A stretch of 64,000 nucleotides of DNA from Eledone cirrhosa (lineage: Eukaryota): the NCBI GenBank assembly GCA_964016885.1, contig OZ024755.1, positions 13,020,001 through 13,084,000 of the forward strand, written 5' to 3'. The position numbers were made by a program, and so were the translations under genes. The notes beneath the pieces were generated by a model. It searched no databases, had not been told where the DNA came from, and saw only the letters and a program-made list of their open reading frames with translations. The first letter of the stretch is position 1. Every line of letters begins with the position of its first letter. Shown in pieces: positions 25,703 through 64,000 of the stretch.

Positions 25703-27650
25703 TTATTTATATATATTTATTTATATATATATATTTATATTTATATATATTTATATATATCATCATCATCATCATCGTTTAACGTCCATCTTCCACGCTT
25801 GCATGGGTTTGGACGGGGGTTTTCCCACTTGAGGCAAGATTTGTTGTCCTGCTCGTATAGGACTGTCTGGCGGGTTTTCTATGGCTGGATGCCCTTCCTA
25901 ACACCAACCACGTTTACAGTGTGGACTGGGAGGTTTTTACCGTGTTACCTACACGGCCACATTACAGCGTGGACTGTGTGTTTTATTGTCGTGACACCTA
26001 CACGACCTCATTTGTTTCGGACTGGATGTTTTCCTCTACTGTTGCTTCTTTCCCCTGGGGTTTCTTGAATATTTTAATGAAAGGGGCCCCAGTTCTATCA
26101 TGTGATATATATTATATATTTATATATATATATTATATATTTATATATATTATATATTTATATATATTTATATTATACATTTATATTATACATTTATATT
26201 ATACATTTATATTTATATTATACATTTATATTTATATTATACATTTATATTATACATTTATATATATATATATATATATATTATACATTTATATATATAT
26301 ATATTTATATTATACATTTATATATATATATATATTTATATTATACATTTATATATATATATATATATATATTTATATTATACATTTATATTATACATTT
26401 ATATATATATATTTATATTATACATTTATATATATATATTTATATATATTATATATATACATTTATATATATATATATATATTTATATATATTATATATA
26501 TATATTTATATATATACATTTATATATTTATATATATACATTTATATATATATAAAGTGAGAAAGAGAGAGAAAGGTGTAGGGAACAAATCTAAGACTAT
26601 CTGTCACTAGCTAATATTAGAAGCCAATATTGGGCATTGATCAGTTTGTTATATAGGTCATTGTGATTGTTTATTTATCAGTAATCAATGGAGAGAGGGA
26701 GGGTGTGTTCAGTCATCAATATTTCAGTGCATGTTGATGAATAATAATCAGAGGGATGTTGTTTGGTTGACCTCATATATTTGTTGGGTTTGTTTATAGA
26801 CTCATTAGTGAACACACAAACACACACACGCATATTCACCATCACCGCCATCATCTGCTCATCTTTCCATGATTGCATGGGTTGGACAGGTCTTTTCCAG
26901 TATAGCTTCTTCCCGCTCATTACATTCCTTCATCATCTCCTCTGTGAGTTTCAGCTCTCATCGCCGCCACTCCAAGGCTGTTTTCCTCTACTGTTGCTTC
27001 TTTCCCCTAGGGTTTCCTGAATATTTTAATGAAAGGGGCCCCAGTTCTATCATAAGATTTCCTCTGGACAGGATGTCAGTCTGTTGCAGAGGTTAACCCC
27101 AGCTGCAGCCAGTACTCATTATTTTTCGGCTGAGTAGACTAAAGGAACATGAAATAAAACATCTCCTTCGAGGACACAATGCACCTCCTAGTCCAGAAAT
27201 CGAACCCACAGCCTTATGATTCTGAGTCCAACAACCTAACCACCAAGCCACACATCTTTAAAAAAATTATGTCTATCACGAGGCCCCTTTCAAAAGGCTA
27301 AGCCCTGTTTTGACAGGGGAAAATGGTCTTAAAACACTTACTGTTTGTTTGGTTCTTTCAGAAATTTAAAATAAATTCACCCTCTTCCTGCATGTCATAG
27401 GAGATGACTAAAAAGCTTGGCACTTGGAGGTCTGTCATAAGGCCTGCATAGCTAACCGTTCATTTAAAACACTTCTTGGTTCTATCAGAATATTAAAAAG
27501 TCACTTTGTTTGAAAGATATCAACCATCTCAATTAATCGTGTGATTAGTTTTATATAGATTTATCTGTTTTCTTGTTTGTTGTAACCAGTGTTTTATACT
27601 CCTACTTAAATCAATTGTCTCCTTTTTTTTATCTTTATGTGAGACTTGTG

Positions 27651-27687
<37 letters not shown>

Positions 27688-30271
27688 TCATTTTCACACT
27701 GCTATGGGTTGGACAGGTTGTCACAGTCTGAGACCACATCGATTGCAGTAACCACATCTTGCTCACATATTCCATTTTTTATATGGTTTCTACACCTGGG
27801 TACTCTTCCTAATAATAACCACTTTACAGAGTGTACTGGGTGTGTATTGTCATTGCACTAACCCTACCACTTCATAGAGTGCACTAAGTGCATTTCATCA
27901 TGGCACCAGCACTACCACTTCACAGAGTGTACTAGGTGCATTTCATCATGGGATCAGCACTACCACTTTACAGTGTGTACTGGGTTCATTTCATCATGGG
28001 ACCGGCACTACCACTTTAGAGACTACACTGGGTGCATATCATAGTGGCACCATACTACCACTTTACAGAGTGTATTGGGTGCATTACATTGAGGCACCTC
28101 TGCTAGGGAGGCCATCACATGCTCAGCCAGATTCAGTGTTTTCTCCACCCTTCATTGTCTCTATTCGATCGCCATCCACTTTACACAGTTAACAGCTATG
28201 TTTCAGCCTGTATAGATTTATGTTTTCTTATTTGTTATAACCAATGTTTTATAATCAATTGTCATATGTGGTTTTATATATATTTTCCTGTATCTTATAT
28301 CATATATATATAATTCATTATGTATTTATTACCTGAATCAATTCTACCATAACAACAATTTTTCAAGAAGTAAACTAGTATAGGTAGATATACCGATACA
28401 CCTTTATATACACAGGTAAAAAAAATTCTAATTTAGTCTACCTCACATATCAGTTTCTGTGTTTGTGTTAGCTCCAGAAGAAAGGGTGAGTTGTATTTTA
28501 TTCAGGGTGTTTAATTCATGTATGTACACACGGGTACACAACAACAACAACAACAACACCCATATACACACACACATACCTCTATTCACTAACACACACC
28601 TGCGCACACATACATATCTATATTCCCTAACACACAGACACACATACATATGTAACAACATATACACACATCCATATGCACAAAAATGTATACACACACA
28701 TAGACACATATCTACATACATTAACACACATCCATATGCAACAATACACCCATACACACACATATCTACATTCACTAACACATATACATGCATCTACATT
28801 CACTAACACATATATATATCTACATTCAATAACACATACACACATCTACATTCACTAACACATACACACATATTCACTAATATGTATATACACATACACA
28901 AACCAGATGAAACTACTCCTGTTTCTATAACACAGCAGTGTTTGTTTTAAAGTGTTTATATTTATCCCAAAGCTTTCTATCATAATTTTATGTAAAAAAC
29001 CTTTGTTGAGTTATGTTCCAAACACTAACTTAATAACAAGAAAGTTATTTTACTAAATCCCTCCAAATTCTTGATTCATTATCACCAGTTTTTCATGTTG
29101 ACTTGGGTTACACAGGGTAACACAATGTGAGACTAGAAGAGTTAGGAAATGTGTATTTGGCATGGTTTATACAACTGGATGCTCTTCTTAATGCTAACTA
29201 CTTTACAGAGTGGACTGGGTGCTTTTTATGATGGTACCAGCACTATTACTTTACAGAGTGTATAGTGTACATTTTGTCACAACCACAGTACTACTACTTT
29301 ACAGAGTGTACTGAGTGCATTTTATCATAGCACCAATACTACCACCAGCGCTGACACTTTACAGAGTACATTTTACCACAACACTAGCACTACCATTTTA
29401 CAGAGTGTACTGGGTGCATTTAAAAATCATAGGCAGTGTGTTTCATTAAAAATACAGTAATTAAAGGGTTAACCAGTGTTCTCGTGACATATTAACTACC
29501 AATTCCTCAGCTGTTAGGACAGCACCGTGTTGACTCTGGAGAGTTGTTGTTGTTGCTGTAAGTCTAGACAAACCCACAGTATGTTTTAGTGCATGCACAT
29601 ACAATACACATACACACAGAGATATTACCATACACACAGATATCACCACACACACACACACACACACACACAGATATTACAACACATACACACGATATTA
29701 CCACACACTCACACATTAGCACACACACAAGCACATCAACACACACACAAACACATTAACACACTCATACTCAAACACATTAACGCACACACATTAACAC
29801 ACTCACACACACATTAACACACTCACACACAAACACATTAACACACTCACACACAAACACATCAACACACTCACACACAAACACATCAACACACTCACAC
29901 ACAAACACACTAACACACTCACACACAAACACACACATACACACACATTAACACACACACATACACAAACACATCAACACACTCATACACAAACACATCA
30001 ACACACTCACACACAAACACATTAACACACAAACATTAACACACACATTAAACCACAAACACACACACACACATAGCCATGTAATATTGTTGCTGTGAGG
30101 TAGCTCAGCTAATAGAGTATATTTGATATCCACTCGAGGGTCTCTGTTTCCCCAATTTTAGTCCTACAAAGAACACACAAATTAGTTTTAGGTTTATTTC
30201 ATAATGACATAAACAGCAGACAACTAAAATGTCTCAAAATATTGTATGCCACCACCATAATGAGTATTTGA

Positions 30272-30302
<31 letters not shown>

Positions 30303-30439
30303 GTAGCTCCTAGAAATTTATTTATATATCAATAAACAAATCAATACAATTTATATAATAAGACTATGCAGATATATATATACATTAATTATATATATTC
30401 TGGCTATGGAAACAGCAGTTGGAATCAAGAGGACTGAGA

Positions 30440-31328
30440 GTGAACCTAGCTAAGACAAAAGTGTTGATGAGTAGAAAGAGGACAAAACTCTGATTCCGTC
30501 AGGGAAATGGCCATGTTCGATATGCAGAAAAGGAACTGGCATAAATTCTATAAAATGCACACAATGCAGATCTTGGGTACACAAGAGATGTAGTGGGATA
30601 GCAGGCAAACTAACAGGTAGGGAGAAATACGTATGCAGTAGATGTACAGGGAAATTAGACAGCAGAAGTCGCATTGATAGACACATTTTTCAAATGCAGG
30701 TGGGTGCTATAGAAGTGGTTGATAGCTTCTGGTACCTAGGAGATCAGATTAGCATGGGAGGGGGTGTTCCAAGGCCATAGTATCTAGAATAAGGATGGGT
30801 TGAAAAAAGTTTAGGGAGCTGCTTCCTCTGCTGACGAAGAAGGGTTTCTGCCTGCGTACGAAAGGCCGGTTATATGATGCCTGTGTGAGGAGCGCGATGC
30901 TGCATGGTAGTGAGACATGGGCAGCAACTGCAGAGGATATGTGATGGCTGGAGAGAAATGAGGCAAGCATGCTCCATTGGATGTGCAATGTCAATGTGCG
31001 TGAACGACCCAGCATGGATGTGTTGAGAGAGAAACTGTGTCTGAAAGGGATAGAATGTAGTGTGCGAGAGAGGAGACTGAGGTGGTATGGACATGTGATG
31101 CACAGGGAGGATGACCGATAGGAGAAGTGCCAGGAAATGCCAGTTGAAGGAAGATGTGGTTGAGGTAGACCACGAAAAACATGGGGGGAGGTGGTGAGAA
31201 CAGACCTCAGATTGCTGAAGCTCACGGTGGAGATGATGAAGGGCCGTGACAAGTGGAGAGATGGTGTGCTGAATAAGACCCGTCCCACCCTTGCAAGCAG
31301 GGAAAAGAGGACGTAAAATGATGATGAT
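30440..31328 (+). mobile_element. Degenerate RTE-clade LINE, 3' ~0.9 kb
   Basis: Translates to KWPCSICRKG..NSIKCTQCRSWVHKRCSG (PHD-like), then VDSFWYLGDQI, LYDACVRSAMLHGSETW and RRLRWYGHV. Contains in-frame stops and ends in an (ATG)n tail. Confidence 0.9.
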
Positions 31329-33431
31329 ATATATGTGTGTGTGTATGTGTGTGTGTGTGTGTGTATCCTAGGTTCAATCGGGGGTAACTATATATATATA
31401 TATATATATATATCGACCAACCTTGCTTCAAATTGGGACAACTCCCGTCTAACCCATGCTAGCGTGGAAGATCGATGTTAAACGATGACGATGATGATGT
31501 GATTGATTGTTCAGTGAAACTTAAACCAGCCAACCAAGATGCACAAAGGGATATGAAGTAAACGTCATCATTTAAGAACAGTCAAGCATATCTATCTATA
31601 TATATGAAATAAATATCATTTTTTACAAAAACGATATAAAAAAACTATAAAGATAGATGGGGAAGTTAAACACAAATAAAAATAGAGTAATTTATTATAA
31701 TAAGCAATACAATAGGATATGTATCATACCCCCTCTGAAATAATTTTCCAAAAAAGGCATGTATACCACATCCTATTGCGCTAAAAATAACAATTACACA
31801 AGAAGCAAATTATTCATTAAAATAGACACTAAATACATTAATACAATAAATACTGATTTACGAACGTTTCATCCCCTCCCAGGGACTTTTCAAAACCCGT
31901 TATTTAATAATTGTTTCTATTTTTGGCACAAGGCCAGCAATTATCTCAGTGCATTACTGGTACTTTATTTTATCAGCCCCATAAGGATGAAAGGCAAAGT
32001 TAACCTCAAAGCCTCATTATAAATATATATCATCGTCTATCTTCCACGCTAGCATGGGTTAGACGGGAGTTGTCCCATTTGAGGCAAGATTGGTTGGGTC
32101 ACTGTGTCTCACTCGTATTTTGTATGGCTGGATGCCCTTCCTAACACCAACCACATTTACAGTGTGGAACTGAGAACTTTTTACCATGTTACCTACACAA
32201 CCACATTACAGTGTGGACTGTGTTTTTTTGATGTGACACCTACACGATCTGATTAGTTTGGACTGGATATTGTGGTACCAACATAACTTTATAGAGAAAG
32301 GGTGGTGTTGGCGGGAGTGGGAGGATGGAGTAGGGGTAGTGGGTTGGGGTGTATGTTTGGTTTGGAGGGGCCTACTGACATATATATATATATAATTTAT
32401 TCGGTCCTCAATGTTGTCATTGACTGACCAACGGTCAAAAATACAGATACAATATAGACACAAACACATATATATAGTTTATCAAAGTTCTTTCGTTGCA
32501 ACGTCGTCAGTGGTGCTATTGTTTCCTCCCGTTGCATTGTATTTTCTACGCCATCTTTATTTAGTCTGTTTATATATTTATTTGTTTATTTTATTTTGTC
32601 TTCTTTGCGCATACGTTTGCGTGTGTGTATAGTGTTTTGTTTGATGTGTGTTCGTGATTGGGTGACTGTGTATTGGTTAATGTATTCTATCTTTACTAGT
32701 GTGTGTTTATATGTGTTTGTTTATATTGTGCTTGTGTATGTATTTATTTATTTATCTATTTATTTATTTATTTATTTATACTTCTCTTAGGTCAGTGTTG
32801 TTTGTTTGGGTGTTGTTGTTTGGAATAACAAATACAGTGTGTGTAGCTGAGACTGCAATAAATATATACTTCCTTGTAAATTTTCAAATCTTATTGGACC
32901 CTCAACCATAATGAAGCATATATTTGATGGGTATATATACCTATTCATTCTTAGTATTATTCTAAAATGGGCATACTAATTTGCATTTAATTAGCACTCA
33001 TTTAATATATATGTGGATATATTTAATCATCATCATCATTATCATTTAACATTCATTTGTCCAAGTTTGCATTGGTTAGAGGGATTGTCATGTTATGAGG
33101 CAAGTTAGATCCAGTTACCATATCTTACTCATACAGATCTGCATTTTGGCTTGGTTTCTGATGTCCTTCCTAATACCAACCACATTACTCTAGCAAAAAT
33201 GACTAAGCACTCTTATGAGTCATCACCTGAAAGCACAGTAAGGTGAGCCAGCAACAATCACAGAAACCTTTGATTAGAGAACACGAAAGTAATAATTTAT
33301 ATTCTGTTTATAAAATCAACGCATTGGATTGCTGGGTATAAAATAGTTTGGACATTCAACATCCTGCGAGAGAGAGAGACAGATATAGATAGATAGATAG
33401 ATTGATAGATTAATTCATAGATATATTCATA

Positions 33432-33722
33432 TGTCTAAGAGGGATAGAATGTAGTGTGCGAGTGAGGAGACTGAGGTGGTATGGACATGTGATGCGCATG
33501 GAGGATGACCGATGGGTGAAAAAGTGCCAGGAAATGCCAGTTGAAGGAAGACGTAGTAGAGGTAGACCATAAAAGACATGGGCGGAGGTGGTGAGAACAG
33601 ACCTCAGATCGGTGGAGATGACGAAGGGCCGTGACAAGTGGAGCGATGCTGTGCTGAATAAGACCCGTCACACCCTTGCAAGCAGGGAAAAGCGGGCGTA
33701 AAATGATGATGATGATGATGAT
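33432..33722 (+). mobile_element. RTE LINE 3' fragment
   Basis: Highly similar to 31040-31328. Confidence 0.85.
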
Positions 33723-34383
33723 GTTACAAATTATATATATCATCATCATCATCATCATCATCTTTGTTTAACGTCCATCTTCCATGCTAGCATGGGTTAG
33801 TTGGGAGTTGTCCCACTTGAGGCAAGGTTGGTCGGGTGACCGTGTCTCGCTCATATAGGACTGTCTGGCAGGTTTTCTACGGCCGGATGCCCTTCATAAC
33901 ACCAACCACATTTACAGTGGGGAACTGGGAACTTTTTACCACGTTACCTACACGGCCACACTAGAGCGTGGACTGTGTGTTTTTGTTTTTTTTTGTTGTG
34001 ACACCTACACGATCTCGATCTCATTATCTCATTTATTTGGACTGGATGTTGTGGTACCAACTTTACAGAGAGAGGGTGGTGTTGGTGGGAGTGGGAGGAT
34101 AGGGTAGGGGTTGGATTGGCAGTATCGGTAGAGGGTCGGACGCCATGCTTTGAAGCATAGAGTTACCTCCCTGTATGATCTGAGGTTAACTTTGCCTTTC
34201 ATCCTTACGTGGTCGATAAAATAAAGTACCAGTAATGCACTGGGTAATTGCTGGCCTTGTGCCAAAAGTAGAAACAATTAATATATATATATTTATATAT
34301 TAATATATAGGTATTAAAGTTGCAAATTAATTGTGTCCGTAGACTGTATGCCAAGATGAGCACTCGAGATATATATATATATA

Positions 34384-34766
34384 TAGAAAAGATGAATATA
34401 AAATGAAAGTGCTTTTATAAAGGAATTTATTAGGTATTGACATATGTTTCTGTAACAGACGGAATACCTATGTATCGCTGCTTGCGGAATCATATAATGT
34501 TAGCAAGTATTCGATAGCAAATGTATAATTAGTTGTCACTTCTTCAGAGATATTGGATAAATTGGATATTTTTCTGATTTTTTTCCAATTTATCCAACAT
34601 CTCTGAAGAAGTGACAACTGATTATACATTTGCTATCGAATACTTGCTAACATTATATGATTACGTAAGCAGCGATACATAGGTATTCCGTCTGTTACAG
34701 AAACATATGTCAATACCTAATAAATTCCTTTATAAAAGCACTTTCATTTTATATTCATCTTTTCTA
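34384..34766. repeat. ~183-bp-arm near-perfect palindrome in TA-flanked element, each arm with a hammerhead-like core
   Basis: 34384-34566 is the reverse complement of 34584-34766. Core reads CTGAAGA(34603)...GAAAC-atat-GTC(34711). Confidence 0.85.
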
Positions 34767-34869
34767 CATTTTCTCCGGAATATAATTTATACTCGTTGAG
34801 CAAACCTACACGTACGCTGTTCATCTCTAATGTGACGATATATTATCACTACATTATTGATAACTTGAA

Positions 34870-34916
<47 letters not shown>

Positions 34917-35484
34917 AATCATTTGAAACGGGTGGTTTTCTTTCATAGAACGAGGAGTGATTTGGGGCAGGTGGTTATCAAAAGAGTTAATATAAAAAAA
35001 GCGCTGCCATTTTAAAAATGAAATGTACCAATGATTGCTAATGCTGTTCTACATGTTATTGTATCCTTGTTCGGGTCACCTACTTCAGGGTTGGAGACAC
35101 ATTTGGGTGTATCCAAGCATGATCATAATAGGCAACCAACAAATTTAATCTGTGATCATGAGCGGAATCATGATTATGAAGAAATTTGATATAATAGACA
35201 GTGTCAGTGTCATATTTATCAACTTGTATATATTATATACACCTGTGTGTATATGATATATATATATATATATATGTATATACACACACACACACACACA
35301 ACCCATGCTACCATGGGAAAACATGTCAATCAGTGATGAGTATGACACACAAATTCACTCATGCATACACAGATACACACATACACACACACACACACAC
35401 ATATAAAGAGGTATCTGATAGAGGAATAATATCAAATATCTCCTCCACCCCTTCTCTGTATCTTCTACTTCATTTAAGACAACA

Positions 35485-35590
<106 letters not shown>

Positions 35591-36211
35591 GTAAATGTGG
35601 TTGGTGTTAGGAAGGGCATCCAGCTGTAGAAAACCCGCCAGACAGTCCTATGCGAGCAAGACAACCACTCTTGCCGCAAGTGGGAAAACTCCCGTCCAAA
35701 CCCATGCAAGCGTGGAACATGGACGTTAAACGATGATGATATATATATCTTCATCATCATTGTTAAACATCCATCTATCATGGATAGGATGGGCTATCCC
35801 TTTGTGACGGATTAGGTCAGGAAACCATGATTCGCTCACACAAGTGTTTTTGGCTTGGTCTCTATGGCTGGATGCCCTTCCTAATGCCAATCACATTTAC
35901 AGTGTGTGCTGGATGCTTTTTGCTGTGTTGCCTACATGACCACTTTACAGTATATATATATATCATCACCATGTAACAGCTTATTTTCTATGCTTGCATG
36001 GCTTCAGTCTAATGACTGATACTAGTAAAAGTGTAGTACCCTGGCATGGCCACTGCCTATTGACTGAAACCAGTAAAAGAGCAATGCCCCAGCATGGCCT
36101 CAGTCTAATGACTGGTATCAGTAAAACAATAACCTTTTTTTTTTTTTGTTCCTAATTATTTATTTCTACATTTCTATATTGTAGGATTTGATGTTTTCTA
36201 AACTGTGAATA

Positions 36212-61217
<25,006 letters not shown>

Positions 61218-61339
61218 CTTTGCTGTATTCTCAACTGAAGAACCAATTTATCATAAACACCAAATTCTTGATCTGGATGTTTAGCTAAATTATTTCGTAC
61301 AGGCTCCCGTTTAAGTCATTATACACTTCAACATGTATA

Positions 61340-61373
<34 letters not shown>

Positions 61374-64000
61374 AACACGCGTACATATAGACGTATGTAT
61401 TGATATATAGGTATATATAGATTGTATATACATATATGTATGTGTGTGTATATATAGTATATATATATATACGTGTGTGTATATATATATATATGTATGT
61501 GTGTGTGTAAACATATATATGTATATATATATAGTGTATAAATACATATATGCAAGGTCACAAATACCTTGTGTAGTTCTAAATTTGACTTCACTTCTGT
61601 ATAAAAATATAGATTTGTGAAAATGCTCAAACATTCAACTCAAAAAGGGCAACATACACAGACCATACCATTCACGCACACACATACTTGTCTGTGTATA
61701 TGTATATGTGTGTGTGTGTGTGTGTGTAAATATATATATATATATGTGTGTGTGCATATGTAATGTATACATACATATATAAATATATATATGTAACATT
61801 GATGAAAAATATATACATTTCTGATTTTGTTGTTATTTTTATAATAAAAAAAAAACATAAACCTCTGAATGTTACTTTCGAAAGTATCCCAAGCAGTGTA
61901 AATACTGACCTAAAGCTTTCCTAATATTTTCAATAAAGATTTGCTCAACTTATACTCAACATGATATCATCTCCTAGCGTTAGAAAGACTTGATTCAGCC
62001 TGAAGAACATATTAAATCTAATTTCTCAACAAGTTTGTTTCCTGTTGTATATTTTATCCTCACAAGCTGAGTGTAATCCTTAGCCATATCTTTCTTTATC
62101 TTTACTTTCCACACTCATTTCATTTCTCTTCCCAACATTCATTAGCTCTATTCTTCTCTCCCAGTCATTTTCATCCTTCCTTAACATATGAACTAAAGTA
62201 TATATAAATACACTAACCCTGGGTTAGTGTATTTATAAAAAAAAAAATCCAGTTTATGCAGTACAAGCAAACATCACAATTAACAAGGATACCCTGAGCA
62301 TGGATTATGAAATGAAAACAATCTACTCCTGTAGTTTGAAGAAAAGGTTTGTATAAAAATTCTGAGAACTTTACCAAATGGCAACTGAAGAGGCCAGAGG
62401 ACACAATGGTTAAAACATTACGACAATAACTATCAAGGTGAGGACACTAGTCTGAATAATTCAGTTTATTATAATAATGACACATCTCAGAAATTCTACC
62501 AAAATTTATGAAATTTCATTTCAAGCCTTGGGTGGTAAATGTGGATGGTAAACTTAACCTTGATTGGGAGATTGAATCTTGGGTGGTAGACATAATTGGT
62601 TATCTGATTTAACATTACCACCTCACACTTTAGGGACCTTTGGCAGAAACCATTATGTTGCATTTAAACCGGCCATATCCACTCACCTCTATCTGTTCAA
62701 ACCGGCCGCTCATGCAAACTAGGTATTGATCTCAAAATAAAAAAAATATAAAAATCTTGTAGATTCAATATTATGTGAGGTAAAGCCTTAACTACGAAAA
62801 TACAATAGTAAATATAGAGTAATGTAAATGCTAAATGGTTAAGGATATCTTCCTTCTTTCATCCCACCAATCTTTGAGGTACCTCCCTAAGCAGTAAAAT
62901 AAAAACCAACATATTTTTAACTATTCATGAATACAAACCTTTGTATAAGTATTCATTTATTACTTTTTTCATTGTGTTTAATTGTAATAAATTGTAGAAT
63001 GATAATTAAATATTATAGATTAATGAGTTAAGTTTATTGTGTATTTTCATTTTGTTTCATTTTATTTCAATCTGTTGCTTCCAATAATAATTGAGAGGTC
63101 ATTATGTATCCATTAATTAATATGGACGAAGAGAAAAATGTTGAACATACAAAAATATACCCACATTAACATATATTATTTTATATATATATATCATCAG
63201 TGTCGTCATTTATATGTCCATTTTTCCATGCTTATATATATATATATATCTTTACATAACAGGCTGAATGAGTTGGTGTATATAACTCAACGAAACTTAA
63301 GTACCTGTACATCTCACAGTTGTAATTAATTATATATATATATAAATATACATAGTCATATACAAACATACAAATACATACATGTTGAACATCTATTGGC
63401 TACAACAATGAGTGCTTCAATTGGAAAAAGAATGGGACAGCTTGCACCTGAAATTAATAATTAAGTGGCTGAGCATTCTACAGACCTGTATGTAGTTCTC
63501 AGGGAGATTCAGCATGACATAATGTGACAAATCTGGCACAACTATCTCTTCCGGCTGAGTGGACTGAAGCAACATGAAATATGTCTTGGTCAAAGATACA
63601 ACTTTGTGCCGAGAATTGAACACTCACAGTCATGAGCCAAACACTAACCATTAAGCTTTCACAACACACACAGATTAGCACTGGTTTCACACACACAAAC
63701 ATATATATATACACACACAAAAACATATATAAGTACATAGATTGGCATTGGTTTCGACAATGAGTATTTGGGTGTTTAATTTAAGACCTACTCAATGACT
63801 GAGCATGTACGTGGCTGATTATAACACAGACAGGCTCGGCATGACACAGTATGTGACAAGACTGAGTTCCCATCTACCTTGGTGAAAAACTTGCCCAAGA
63901 TGCCATGCAGTGGGTTTGAACTCAGGATCTTGAGATTGTGAAGCAGACCTCTTAACCATTCAGTAAACATGCATATATACATTATATATACTACAGTACG

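Overview
AT-rich, microsatellite-dense animal genomic DNA. The repeat landscape resembles a cephalopod/octopus-type mollusc, but this is an inference. Almost all ORFs in the supplied track are microsatellite artefacts. One real protein-coding gene is present on the + strand: an ARHGAP18/28/40 (Drosophila conundrum)-family RhoGAP with 17 coding exons from 36212 to 61217, about 691 aa, with all splice phases consistent. The rest is tRNA-derived SINEs, RTE, CR1-like and R4/Dong-like LINE remnants, piggyBac- and Tigger-type MITEs, and minisatellites. The most notable feature lies in an intron of the RhoGAP gene, between two long (TA)n tracts. It is a 4.2-kb array of about 9 apparently identical 467-bp units, arranged as about 3 copies facing left and about 6 facing right. 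Each unit carries a minimal type I hammerhead ribozyme and an upstream octamer (ATGCAAAT). A diverged relative at 24.2-25.2 kb shows compensatory stem changes in the ribozyme. Several further TA-embedded, often fold-back, hammerhead-like elements are scattered through the window. Together they suggest a TA-microsatellite-associated retrozyme / Penelope-like non-autonomous element system.
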